DNA of 64,000 bases from Mytilus edulis (Eukaryota). Below are positions 26,793 through 40,559 of this stretch, one piece after another. How positions within the stretch are numbered: the stretch's first letter is position 1; every line of letters starts with the position of its first letter. The notes beneath the pieces are model-generated. The model was not told the origin of the DNA. It searched no databases and saw only the letters and a program-made list of their open reading frames with translations. Location: assembly GCF_963676685.1 (NCBI RefSeq), contig NC_092355.1, positions 18,042,001 through 18,106,000 on the forward strand, given 5' to 3'. The translations under genes and the position numbers were made by a program.

Positions 26793-28832
26793 GTTAGTAT
26801 GCTTAGATTCATGTCAGCAGTTATTTTAAGAGGCTAGTAAATATCAGGCAAATCCTATGATATGGGTGGCACAACACGATTTTTTTCCCACAGAATTTTT
26901 GGTTCCAATGCAATGTTTATATCATACAAAGGATATATATGTCAAAGATATTTTGAATCAACAGTGGATGGCTCAGAAAATGATTTTAAAGTTCACTAAC
27001 AATGCAACTAAATTTTGTACAAAATGAAGAGTTATCTCCCCTTTTCAATGAATTTTCAGTGCTTTCTATGTATTTTTTTTTCTCTTTATTTGTTGCAGTT
27101 AATAAAAAACAAAATTTGACTTCGAGAAAGAATGAATTTGTGATATGAAATAGATAAAAAAATATTGAAAACAAAATATGTCATGTGCCATCCACTGCCT
27201 GGTTTTTCCATGGACACCCTCTAAAGTATTACAATGGATTTGTTTATTTTCGTTGGTACCAATTTTGTTAGATTGCATAAAAAATTTATTTTCTACGATA
27301 TTGAATTTTGTGGTTTAGCCAAAGTCTGCATACAAGCCTATAGATATTTTGTATTTAGTGTAACATTTATATTTTTGTTCATGTATAACCTTGACATCCT
27401 GAAAAATGGTATTCCATTAATAATGAGGATTCACAGTTCTTGTTTTTGTTGTTGGGTTTTTGTTCTCTTGTTTTTGTTTGCAATTGATTATATATTGATT
27501 CTATCAGAGAAGAAACAAGAACTATCTTTAAAAAAGACATTCGACGTATTTAAATTTGAGTATTATGTTTAAAACTATCATTTCGATAACCTTCAGAAGC
27601 ACAAAGATACCATTAGCGTTTTCTCTGTTTGTGTTCAGTATTCTCGGTCCTCATATCTTTCTGTTTACATTTACCAAAACCCCGCGGAAATCTCACATGC
27701 GTAGGTGCGTTCTAAAAGTCATGTACGTTCGTACAACAAAGTTTACATTATAAATTATATAATTGTCCCGAATAAACAGCTGTCACGGATGCAAAGAGCT
27801 ATTGGAGAAACAATTATTTTAATAAAAATATAAATCTTTGTAAGATCTAGTTCAAATATTTATAGTTTTTCACTTGCTTTCCATCATGATATAATTAACG
27901 AGACGTTTTTTCAAACACAACCTAATCACCCACCATGACAGCATTTTGTCCAATCACAGAAAGGATTTTCGAGCATGCGTATTCTGTTGCCATAGTTAAG
28001 CGTCCTTAAGTTCAAAGGGCATAAACCAAAACTATACCGACTACGTCGGAAAAAGTAACACACAGAAAAAAATGAGGGTTTATTTGTTTTGCATACTATT
28101 TTTATGGTTATTCATCAGAGACATCGTTTTCCACCATTTGGAGTTTTTACAATAGTACTTCGGTTGAAAAATTATGTGGGTGGATGCCAAAGCGATAATA
28201 TCACAAAAACAATTGAAGACTAATCATAAATTTGATTTCAAACAGATCTTCAAATCGGCAACTTAGAAAGGATTTTTCTAATAACTTCCTTGTGTCAGGA
28301 TGATATATTGATTTAATAATTATTTTGTAGAAAAAGAAATCAGGTGAATGGTGTTCCAGTGAAAGCAGCAAAACACACGAAACGAACTCCAAAACAAGCA
28401 GATTATGATAAAGGTATGATACGTAATTGTTCTCATAAATACACGAATGAACCACAAAACACAACAAAACCACACAAATCAAATACAAAAACAAACTGAT
28501 TATGAGAAAGGTAGACTATGTCACTATTCTAATAATGATAACTATACAAATCAAACACGATAACAAAATGATTATGAGAAATGTAAACTATATATAGTAT
28601 AATCTACCGTGCTATCAACAGAATAAGAAATCTACATGACACATTCTACAAATCCTTTTATGCAAAATGAAATTAAGTACAATACATTTTTACTGATCTG
28701 TTTGAATACACTTGAAGCATTCATAAAAATATTTGTGGTAGAGTTTATTATTTCTTCCATGTATATTGTTAAATATGTTCTTCAAAAATTTGTTTGAAAA
28801 ATAAAAAAATATTATATTATTTCATATAATAG

Positions 28833-28837
28833 AAAAG
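28833..28837 (+). CDS. DCDC2: 5-nt microexon AAAAG (frame-restoring)
   Basis: atag|AAAAG|gtaagt. It bridges a phase-2 donor (26792) and a phase-1 acceptor (29829): AG|A AAA G|AT reads R-K-D. Confidence 0.6.
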
Positions 28838-29753
28838 GTAAGTACATGAGATATAAAAAATTAAAAACTCATTGGTCCAGGGGAGATAATCACTTGTTTC
28901 ACAACTTCATGTAAATTTTGTAGTTTGACATGTGAGTGTGCACGAAATTGACACCTGCTTAAAAAGTGATGGTGAAATATCTCCATGTCATTGAGAAATA
29001 GGTTCTATTGATTTCAAATTGAATTTATATTTAATTCAATTGTAAACAACTATGTAATCCTTTGATAAGGTTTTATTGGTGAATTTATCCCGACAAGAAT
29101 GATTTAAATGCAGAAGTACACAATGTTTTGTACCATATATATTGTCATTATTTCAATGACTGGCAAATTTTTGAATAGTGTTTTGCCGCTTGAAACACCT
29201 GATATAATGCATCTTCATATCTGTACTCTATTACTTGCGTGGGCTTGTGTAGAAAATTGTGCAAAAACTGCATACAAAAATGTTAATAAATAAAACTTTA
29301 TTGTCCGAATTGAATGGTATAAACCATAGATTTGAGAATTCCTAAAGATATATTTTATTGCTTGCTTTATTTACAACCGCCTTGACAAACTATTTTGAGG
29401 ATACAAATTACGTCCAAAAAAATTATGCTATGAATGCAGTTGAGATTTTTGTTTTACAAGAGAAAATGGAGTAAACCAATTGAAAGAATTATTTCTAAAA
29501 TTTTAAAATGATTTCTATTTTATTTTCTACTTCTATTCTACTTTAAAAAATCCTTCAATTAAGAAAACATTAATTTGGATGTTTAACCTACTAACTAGTC
29601 CATTAATTGACTCCTAATTTTCCATTGTTGTTTTGGGGATTATTGTGGTTAATAAAATAATGAATTTACCTGTTATATATCAAATTATGACCTCAATAAA
29701 CCGAAAAACAAAACTAAACAGACCGTTGAAATTAGAAATCTCAAATAGAATGT

Positions 29754-29767
29754 GTTTCCATAGCAAC
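29754..29767. promoter_or_regulatory. RFX X-box
   Basis: GTTTCCATAGCAAC. Confidence 0.55.
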
Positions 29768-29828
29768 TGGTGAAATAGATATTTGTGTCATGCACTTATT
29801 GGTGAAATGTGCACTTGTTTAATTGCAG

Positions 29829-29953
29829 ATGATGGTGGTGTTTTTAAGGCCAAAGGTCAAAGCAGGGACACTAGGGGAGCAAAAGAGGTGCGTGATAATG
29901 GGGACACAAAAGTAGATCTTCCAATTGACCAAGTTCGTGCAGAGGAAGTTAAA
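29829..29953 (+). CDS. DCDC2: DCDC2 C-terminal conserved motif exon (DDGGVFKAKGQSRDTRGAKEVRDNGDTKVDLPIDQVRAEEVK)
   Basis: ttgcag acceptor, AAA|gtaaat donor, phase 1 to 0. Strongly resembles the vertebrate DCDC2 segment 'GIFKA...ETRGAAEVQEDEDTQVEVPVDQRPAE' (recalled). Confidence 0.88.
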
Positions 29954-32832
29954 GTAAATCAACTTTATTCAAAATGGGTGGCATCATCTGACATGAACAA
30001 TGTCAGTTTGGCCTGAAAATAACAACCATTTTGTTGAAAAAGAAAAACTTTTTTCTAAAACTAATAATTCAACAACTCATTCTGGTTTGTCAGATCTATT
30101 TTAAATAATGTTGCATTATGGGAACACCATTGGTTTTCGATGTTTCTGATTGGTCAGAGCACATAGTTTGTAAGGATAATTAAACAAGACAGTGTTTTAG
30201 CAAAGGACCATTCTTTTTGTTTATTGATTTTTATTAGCAAACCTGACGATCTGGTAAAATTAACCCTGACTTTCATATTTTCATATTTATCAACAGTATT
30301 TTGTCTTAACCTTGATATGATACATTCAACAGACATTACTGTGAGTCTGTCAAGTTACAATTCATCTAAATTTCCATTGCCCTTAAACAATATGATCTAA
30401 AATGAATTAAGAACATTTCATAAGATAAACAAAAGCTTGAAAAAATTTAGATATTGTGCAGCATCGTAATAAGTATGATGCATGATGATGCATCCCACAT
30501 GCTTAGACATTAATTAATGATAACTATCTCTTCAATAGTGTTTACTCTGGCTAATGACTTTGGCAATTCAAATTTATAGATAGAAATCAAAAATGAATTA
30601 GGTAAACAGTTTGTATAATTATTAGATTTGATTTCATATTTCTAAGGTTTCTGTCAATATCACTTTTTCCTCTTTTATATTTTAGGAAGTGCAGTAATTA
30701 AATTGCAAACTGCAGTAGGATGAGGGATCGGTCTTATGTTGGCTTCAATGTTGTCTTATAACAGCCATTTTTTCATGATATAAAATTGAAACTTTGGCAT
30801 ATGTCTGGACATTGTCTCTTGTCTAGAATTTTTTGTCTAGAATTTTGTTCTACTAAAATCTACAAATAGTATTTTTTTTACTAATAAGCATCCCTATATG
30901 TAATCCTGAAATCAAAAATTCTGATACTTAGTAGAAGATTATTATGTGCCATGTTTTCCATTGGCTGATTGTCCAATCAAAAGTCTCTATGCATTTGTAA
31001 TCAAAATAATTGTCCAATCAAACATTGTAATATTTAATTTTAGAAATATCTACACATAAACGATAAAATAGAGATTTAACCTAGCTCCTTAATGGCAAAG
31101 TTTAAATCCTAATTCTCATTGTACAGACCACCCCCTGACATTTAAAAGATCTAGCAAACCAGAGTGATTGTTGCAATTATTATGAAATATTGCAAAAAAT
31201 GAATTTATACTTTTGCTTGATAAGTTAGAGGTAATGTCATTTGGAAGATGAAGTGTTTCTGAACAGAATGCTTAAAAAAACAGAACTTTGACTAGAAGTG
31301 TGAATTAGCTAGAGATTAGTAAATTTCTTTCAATGGTTGATAGCTTTCAGCAATTTGCCACCCTTTTATAAAACATTTATATTATACTATATAGCTTACT
31401 TTATAATAGTTTCAATAATTTCAGTTCTTCTAATATTTATTGCCAAATTTACTAATTTATTAGTATTTCAGTTTATGTTTTAAATTTTATAGCCAAATTT
31501 ACTAATTTATTAGTAGTACATACAGGAAAATTAAAATGGGGAAATTTTTTGAAACAGGAAGTTAATTGAAAGATCTCTTGGTTGTTGTCATGAGTAATGA
31601 CAATCACGGTCATGGCAGTGTTTTTAAAAATTATAACTTTCTTGCACCGTAACTGTTTTAATAGAAATTTTCCTGTGTGTGTCAGATCACATTATCATCA
31701 TATGTCAAATTTATTTCTTTTGATTTTTGTATGCTTCTACTTTAGTCAAACTGTACAAATAAGCAAATAATGTGAATTTATTTTTTGAACAGCTCTTGAA
31801 AATTGAAATACAGTTTTCACTGTAGTATTCTAAAGAGGGAAAATTGATGATTTGTTTCTTTGTCATTTTTCAGAAGTAAATTACACAAATTTTCTTCTTT
31901 TCCATGGAAACTCAAGATATTTTATGACTTTGGTGAACTGTTATTCCTAAGGGATATAACAAAAATCTAACAACAAACAATTAATAGAGTAAGAATGAAA
32001 AATTTCACTTTATTATCAAATCTGCATAGTTTGACGAAGGTAAAAGATAACATTTGTACCATTTTTCATCCATCATTTAATATTAAACACAAAAAAGTAT
32101 ATCATGCACTGTAGTGTGTAATATTTTTGTTTATATTTATTTGTAACAAACATGCTGGAACATCTAGAAATCTCGCAAATCTGCACAATAAAACGCAATA
32201 ATCATTACTAAATTTAGGGAGAACATTTTTTTCCAAAGTCAATAGGATTTCATGTCCGATTTGTATAGGTTATTGGTTGGCTTCAAATTTTACAGAAATT
32301 GTCAAGTTATACATAGGGGTCTAAAAATCTACCATTTGCGAAAAGGGCAAGGAACTTAATTTAGTTTGTCAATAACTGTAACCTTTCTTGATCAAACTAC
32401 CTAGGGGAGATAATGGGTCAAATAAGAGTTGTCTAACCTTAGGTACTTGTAAAAGGGTGATATAGTGGGGTTTTTTTTCTTTAGAAAATGAAAATCATTC
32501 CATTTGTCATTAATCATTGTCATATAGTCTGATTGAAGTTTGGAATAATAGATTTGAAAGTCTAATCTAGTGTTGGTTTTCAGTCAATTTGAAATTTTTA
32601 AGAAGAAAAAAATGTTATACTTATAATTGTTATGTGCAATTGAAGATAACATTTTCTTTAACCTACAGAAGAAAGATTGAAAAAAAAATCTTTTTCAATT
32701 TCAAAATTAGTATGGAATTAGAAAAAATACTTTTAAACAAAAACAATTTTCAAACTTCAATCAGTTTTTTTTTTTTTTTTATGCATACATTACTATCATT
32801 CACACTTTTCTTCTTATCTAAAAACTTGTCAG

Positions 32833-32922
32833 GAAGAGGAGAACTTTACTGATGAAACTGAAGCTAAAGTTCCAAGTGGCGTGGAACTAAGTCGTCAGCC
32901 TTCTGAGTCGTCAGAGCAACAG
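32833..32922 (+). CDS. DCDC2: 90-nt acidic exon (EEENFTDETEAKVPSGVELSRQPSESSEQQ)
   Basis: ttgtcag acceptor, CAG|gttaga donor, phase 0-0. Continues the AEEVK-EEE motif. Confidence 0.8.
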
Positions 32923-34075
32923 GTTAGAATGCATGATGGAATGCCATGTAGATGACCCTTGAACTATATCTAAAATGAATGTGATATTTGCTAGTCAGTT
33001 AAGACTTAAAATGTGTAAAAAATATTAATTTAAAGCAATAAAGGAGTTTTTTTATACATATATATATATAATATATCATTATAATCTTGATCCTTAGAGA
33101 GTATAATTGAATGGCTCATTTTGAAGAAAAATAAAACTCCAAAAGCTGATAAGAATAAAAAGCATTAACACAATCCTGTTTTCAACTTAGAGATTATATT
33201 AAGCTCTGCTAGCATGGATTTTGCTACAATATGTACATGTATTTGTCTGCTTACTGCCTTTCTACAGCTTTGATGAAACCTGCTTTAAAACAATTTTGAA
33301 ACAAAGTGCTAAAATTTTGTCAGTGCAAAATTGATTGATCAAACAGTTGTAAGAAAAAGCATAATTATATTAAAGGGCAAAAAGTGTACTTCAATTTTAC
33401 ATTTGAAAATAAAGCATGCACATGCATGTGAGAATTTTTTTTTTCTCTTATTTTCATTTTTTTTTTAATTTCATGAATTAACAATAACAATGCACCATTC
33501 AGTTTATAAATACAAGAATGTCTTATATCAAGAAAAATTGTCATTTATATAAAATGAGTTATTTCCCCTTTAATCATTGAAACAAAATAAGTTATTCCCC
33601 TTTATGTTTTATACACAATGAGTTATTTCCCTTTATCATATATATTACACCTACTAATGCTTGGCAGTACCTATCGTCATAATAACCAGCATTTTACACC
33701 ACTAACACTATATTTATTTATATCTTTATCTATCATGATTAATTACATGCATCCTTGGTACCAATTTCATAATTTCATCAAGTTATTAAAATGGACTTTT
33801 ATTTGTGAAGGCTCTGATCACATTTATACCAGCAGAATATTAAAAGTCTTCACAGAAATTGGTTTTACCATGAAAAATTCTTAACTGCATCATTTCACTT
33901 TGTATGAATTTAGTCTGATGAATTACTGTTTCGAAAAAATGTAAAATTTCAATTTTTTGTTTTAATCTTTTAAATCTTTTGTTTTTGATTTCATTTTTGT
34001 TGAAATGATAATTGTTGATAAGACATGTAGGCCAATGAATATTTTTTTCATTTTTTGTCTATTCTAATATTACAG

Positions 34076-34108
34076 GATGAAAGGATAAGGAAAGAGAAAC
34101 AGGGCAAG
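34076..34108 (+). CDS. DCDC2: 33-nt microexon (DERIRKEKQGK)
   Basis: ctaatattacag acceptor, AAG|gtaagt donor, phase 0-0, purine-rich. Confidence 0.75.
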
Positions 34109-34109
34109 G

Positions 34110-34725
34110 TAAGTGGAATATAATGACCCAAAACTTGCCAAAATCATTACTGCTTAAAGACAGGCTTGGTGGAAAATAATGACCTGTTTGTATTTAACTT
34201 GACAAAATCATCACTGCTTAAAGTCAGGCTTGGTGGAAAATAATGACCTGTTTGGATTAAACTTGTCAAAATCATTAATTACTGCTTAAAGACAGGCTTG
34301 GTGGAAAATAATGACCCATTTGTATTTAACTTGCCAAAATCATTACTGCTTAGAAAGAGTTCCATAGGCTTGGTGGAAAATAATGACCCATTTGGATTTA
34401 AATTGCCAAATCATTACTGCTTAAAGACAGGCTTAGTGGAAAATAATGACCCGTTTGGTTTTAATTTGCCAAAAATCCATACTGCTTAGAAAGAGTTACC
34501 TTAGGCTTGGTGGAAAATTATGACCCATTTGGATTTAATTTGCCAAAATCCTTACTGCTTAAAGAGAGTTAGGCTTTGTGAAAATAAATGCCCCATTAGA
34601 ATTTAACTTGCAATATCATTACTGCTTAAAGAGAGTAAGGGTTGGTTGAAAATAGGAAAATAATGATGCGTTTGGGTTTAACTTGTCAAAATCATTAAAT
34701 GTACTGCTTAAAGAGAGTTAGACTT
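34110..34725. repeat. Minisatellite, ~70-80-bp unit, starting at an exon donor
   Basis: ggcttggtggaaaataatgacc...ttgccaaaatcattactgcttaaa repeated about 8 times. Confidence 0.9.
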
Positions 34726-37321
34726 TGTAAGCTTTGTAAGATATTGGGATGGGGTGTAAATATATTTCTAAAAAGATTTTGGCAAGTGATTATTGATTAC
34801 TTCTTTTTTTCAATTTTTGATTTGATTTATTAGAGTAGTAAAATAATAACTTGCACCATTGTATTTGCACATATGTCTTGAGTTTTGAATTATAAGATTT
34901 TTACACAGGAAATGGGGGCAAGGGAGACAATCATTATAAAGATTCAGTCTTCAACACCAAGCACAAAAGATTCCACTAATATTCCCAACCTCTAGTTAGT
35001 TTTCTTACCCTTTACCCTTTAGTCAGGAAAATTATGCAAATATTGAAGACTGCAAATTTTTTTTTAAATAACATTTTCTCACTTTTTACTGTATTTTTTA
35101 ATTGAGAAAATCAGTAATTTTGATATTGTATACACTTTATATTGTTACTAACTGTTTTTATCTCTTCTTTTTTTAAATATTGTAAATACTTGGTGCATTC
35201 AGCTAATGTTTCATTTTGGGATGTCTTTGATTTTTTTAGTAAAAACGTTTATTTATAAGTGCATGCATGTATTATATTAAATTTGTTTTTGTTTTATAAT
35301 ATTTTCAATGCTTAAATAGTTGAAATTGTTTATTGATAGTCTTGTTTATAAGATATTTGAATATTTGACTACATTGAGCTGAATGTGTTTATATATTTCT
35401 ATACTTATGTGGGTTTTATGCTTATATTGAATATTTTGCATGGTAGCGTTACTCAGATTGTTATCTTAAAACAAAGATTACAGATTTGCTAAAAATGGGA
35501 AATTTTAGGATTTTATAATTAACTTTAACCCCAAAAACTGATAAAATAGGTAGTAAAAGGTAATAGGTAGGTTGCTATATTTTTGTTTCTTCATTGTCGT
35601 TTGTTATGACCTGGAAGTTTGTCATCTTTGTTTTAAGAGGTGTATATAAAGCTATTGTACAAGCATGCATGATGAAATCTTCAATAAATGCTTTACACTA
35701 AAGAAAACTGCGTTGTTATCAACAGAAATTTGAGGCGAGAAGAAAGAACCGTAACACATGTTTATAATGTCGGCCATTTTGAAGTGTTTTGACGGCACCG
35801 TGCACGTTGTTACCCTGATTCCACACCTCTTTACTCCACTTTGCAACAGCATGCAGAATGTATTACCAACGTCCTTTTATTACATATCCTGTTTTCATCT
35901 GAAAGTACTAATTCAATGTAATTTCATATTTCATCCTAGTTGATCAACACAGCAATGATGTAGGTTTATTTTTGTAAATTTTCAACAAATACAAAAAGCT
36001 GAATGTTTTTACAAAAATTGATTTGAAAAATAGGAATCATAACACTAATTAATCTAACTGAAAGACATTCAATGCAGTTGTGGCGCCCCCTCACCCCTCC
36101 CTTTATTTTTTGGATGATCAATCATTTGAATCGGGACATATGGTTGGCACCCCTCCCTTTTGAAAATGACTGGATCCGCCCCTGGAAAAGTACATATTTG
36201 GTAATAATCAGTAAGCACCAAGCATTTGAAAAATCTTAATATTAAATGTTACACTTTGTGGCTCAGGAATAATATAATTTCATACATGTATAGAAGCATT
36301 TTTTTTTTCTTCATGGGTTTTAACTTAGTGCTGCTCTTTTCTTGTGTGCCTTTGTAACTTTAATATGTGTAGTACATGTTCATAATTGTTGTGTGTTTGG
36401 CAGACGGACAAGTTTTTGAAAATTAATATTTATCATCCACAACTTATTGCAATCATGCAAAATTTGAATCAGTTTTTCGTACATTTTGCGTTTGCTAATT
36501 ATCGGTAACAATTATTGACCTTAAATAAAACTTGCTGTTTTTAGTCTGATTTGCATTATTTTCCTGAACTGTTATGTAAAGCTTGCTACTACTAACTGCA
36601 TTCTAATACTGTACACTTTTAACCATATATATATCAGTGTGTGCTTTTGTGTGTTTATTTACTTGACCTTTGTATTTTTACATCCATGAGATTTTTTTAT
36701 TGATGAAAAAAAAAAAAATTTGACAGGTTTTATTTTGGTTATAAATTATTTATTTTCATTTTCATGATTGCTTGAGTTAATTGATTCATTTATTCATAGT
36801 TTTTTTTTCTTCATATCAAAATTGAAATAACTTAACTATCAACATTATGTCTGAAATGACTAAATAAATGAGTTGACTTTAAATTTTAATGAAATAATTC
36901 TGATTTTTTAGAACTTTGACGATTTTGTGAATTCAGCATATAAGAAGGGAGATTATCCTTGGTTATTTCTATGCTGTTGTTATGCTGTTGCTAGGCATAT
37001 TGCGATTTTATTTTGAATTGATTAACAAAGAGGTTGCCTTCAATCAAATCTTCTTTACTGCGTTATTGTGTAAACGTTATTATAAAAAAGTACTAAGAAA
37101 TAAACTGAACTCTAGGTAAATATAAAAAGGAGAGAAACCCAAAAAACTTGGCAGCCATTTTCTACACCAGAAAATGCCTGTACTACATCAGGAATATGAC
37201 AGTTGTTATTCATTAGATTGATATGTGTTAAAGCTTTTGATTTTCCCATTTGATTACGGACTTTCTTACTTGAATTTTCCTCAGAGTTCAGTATTTTTGT
37301 GATTTTACTTTTTTCATATTA

Positions 37322-37558
37322 GGCCAAATAAAAAAGTATGTGTGGTTCCAGTTACATCTGAAAAAAAGTTAGGGTAGGTAGGTAGGGATTTTTTTTTATT
37401 TTATGTTTTTTTTTTAAATTGAGTTTATTGGAGCAACATTCTGACTTTAACAGTGCTTAATGAAAAATGACTATAAAATCTTTAGGGTAGGCTATTTTTA
37501 AGTCGAAAAAGTAGGGACGGTAGGGTTACTGGAACCACACATATATTCTTATTTGGCC
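37322..37558. mobile_element. PIF/Harbinger-like MITE
   Basis: tta|ggccaaataa...tatgtgtggttccagt / actggaaccacacata...ttatttggcc|tta. Confidence 0.75.
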
Positions 37559-38318
37559 TTAAGTAAAAATGGTGGATTAAACCTGTTTTTTATATCTAAC
37601 TTATCAACAGTATTAAATGTTCACTTGTAAGGTTGTTGATGAAAAAAATATCAGCATGTTCTATGAGAACATAAAGAATCGTGGATTGATTGATTGATTG
37701 ATTGATTGATTTTGATCACATGGGAGTCAATATGGATTCAGGATTGATTGAATTTGTTGGATTAACTTTAAAAAAATTGTCTAAAAAAAATTTAAAATTA
37801 ACAGTTTTTATGTTTAAAAAAATCCTGGAAAGAGCCTTGCTAAGTATATATATTTTTTTTTATGGAGTCAGATTTGTTGTAAAGGAGATTTGACTGTGGT
37901 TTTTTAGTATGACACATATCATTGGACAAGCTTCTTTTTTCATGGAAAGGACAATATCTATATATATATAAAAACAATACAATAATAACAACAGCATTTT
38001 AATTGAACATGGTTGAAAATAATGGATCATGTGAAACAGCTCAATTCTGATTGATCAATATTCACATTTTAGCTTGATAGTAACTTTTTCCCAAACTCTC
38101 AGTGGATATCTTCAGCTTGCATCAATCAAAAAAAGTTTCACACTTATTCTGATCTTTTTGGAACCATCGTGATAATCACAACTCTAAAGATTTTTACTAG
38201 AATAAGAACAATGAAATTATTTTATCATGGCTTCTCTAGATACTAACCTCCCTTTGTAAGACTTGCTCAAGGGAGGCAACTCAATGATATGTCTCATTTC
38301 TATGATTTTCATTCAGAC

Positions 38319-38510
38319 TACTGTAAATTCAGAAATTATTGCGTGCATTTATTATTGCAATTTTGTCATTCTGGACTAAAATGCGATTTTAATTTTTGTG
38401 ATATTGAGAAAAGTCCTGTCTATTTCATATAAAAAAAATACAAAATTCCAGTTTTAATTATTGCTATTTTAACCTGGTTGCATTTTTGCAATTATTTCTG
38501 AATTTACTGT
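38319..38510. mobile_element. TA-type MITE
   Basis: tactgtaaattcagaaattattgc...gcaattatttctgaatttactgt. Confidence 0.65.
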
Positions 38511-40057
38511 GGTATTATTTTCAAGCTGACTTTTTGTATAATTGGTATTTTCCTACATGTTGACAATTTTTGCTAGATTTTTTTTATTATTATATTTTGC
38601 CTTTTGCTTTATAACTTGTAGAGATGCATTGCACATATAGCATTTACAATAAATTTGAAATTAAGAATGGATCTTAAAATGGCAATTGCAGTAATTTCCT
38701 ATAACAAAGTTTTTTGTTTAACCACTACTTTCTGGGCTAATTTTCCTGGGAAAATATTTATTGCTTTTGTTATATTTGGAGAAAAACAAAATTATCCTTT
38801 ACTTTGGTTTTTTCCTCCAATAACAGTACATATGAAAAAATGAAATGCATAATATAAATGACAATATGAAAACCAAAAGGCAAAACTGAGTGTTGTTATT
38901 TGAAACTATGTTTCTGTTAAACGGACATTTTTTTTTCAACGTTATTATATCATTCTTTCATAACTTATTTGCAGCATTCTTATGGTTAAAATTTAGATAT
39001 TTAAAATGAATAAAATTAGACAATAACCAGTATAAATGTACGGAATCACATGGTTTGAAGTTACAGTGTTCTGTGTACAACACCAATCACAGAATAACTT
39101 TTAAAAAAAAATCAGTTCAGGAACCATTATATAACACAGTACATCCTGTCCTTATGAAATCCATTAAAATCCGTTACAATGAATCTAAATATCCAATCAA
39201 TAATTATACATCCACAGTATGTAGAACTGAAAATCCATTACAATGAGTACAAATATCCCATCAATAATTATAAAGTATGTAGAACATCCTACCATGTGAT
39301 TCCTGATATTTTTGTGCTAAGAATTCCTTTTGGCAGATCATTTAAAACTGCTTATTTCTTCTTGCTTACATTTGGATAGAATTTTTCCCAATTCTTAGAG
39401 TTGATTTTCCCTTGTTTCATGGCATCCAATGGTAACAGTATTATTTTTTTGTCTTAACAATTTGGAAGGTGTTTTATCCAATTTACCTATTATGAATATA
39501 GACAAACCTTCAAACAAAGCATGATCTATTTCCAAATGAAAACATGATAAATATAAATTTTACAATCAGTGCTGAAAAGGGGAAGACAACTCTAAATAGA
39601 AAAAACAAATATATGGAAAAAGCAGAGATATGCCTTCAAGCATTAAATGTACTGTAAATTGCAATGTTTCAATTATTCCAAATATTGTGATGGAAAAGAT
39701 ATCAGGCATTGTAGATTTTGATACAATTATTTGTATACCACATTTTTTAAAATCTCGATAATTGATCACACATTTCCCCCATTTTTCAAAAATAGCAATT
39801 ATAATGCGCACAAAAATTCTGAATTTACAAAAACTATTGCCTTGTATTATTTACTACCAAGAAAACCATTTGAATGCTGCAAATAGTAGTTTCCTTGCTT
39901 GTCTTTCATTCTCCCTATCGTCCATACTAACTAAATACATGCTTGGTGTTGAAGTGAAAAAAAAATGCATTGCTCATGATTTTGTGTCTCACATATATTT
40001 TGATTTGCTCACATGTTTGTTGTGTGTGTTTTAACTATTGCTATGATACACTGATAG

Positions 40058-40537
40058 GATATAAACAACAAGGCACCCACGAAGCAAGCAGATCACTCGC
40101 ACAGCAGGACGATTCAAAATGGTGACAGGTCACAAGCAGATCAATCGCACAGCAGGACAATTCAAAACGGTGACAGGTCACAGGCTAAAGGGGAACAGAG
40201 TAAACCAGTCGTCAACAATTCTCAAAACAAAACAGTGCAACAAAATACCAAACAAAGCACTTACAAGTCAAACAGTAAAGCACCCCCACCTAATACCACA
40301 AAGAATGATGTAAAAAAACAGGAACCCCCTAAGGATAATAAAAATTATAGTAATCATGATTCTGTGCGTTCATCTACACCAAAAGATAACAAAGCTGCCC
40401 CTCCGTCTAAATCGCCAACAGACAGAAGGTCTGTTAGTCCAGCCAAGTCACCAGTTAACAACAAGGCTGCCTCACCAGCCAAATCACCGTCACCAACGAA
40501 AGACAAGAAGGATCCAACACCTCACGAGGAACACCAG
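40058..40537 (+). CDS. DCDC2: 480-nt exon, disordered S/K/P-rich linker with SPAK/KSP motifs and an internal 16-aa duplication
   Basis: gatag acceptor, CAG|gtagac donor, phase 0-0, in frame with ORF 40235..40570. It ends EEHQ, which completes the next IQ unit (EEHQ|AATKIQ). Confidence 0.8.
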
Positions 40538-40559
40538 GTAGACATTACTAAGGACAAAT

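Noticed and set aside
27560-28480. CpG-richer block, possibly a transposon interior
   Set aside because: Could not define termini or a coding remnant by eye.
35940-35963. Possible small exon after tcatcctag
   Set aside because: The 24-nt version ends in an in-frame TAG, and the 20-nt version frameshifts with no partner exon found.
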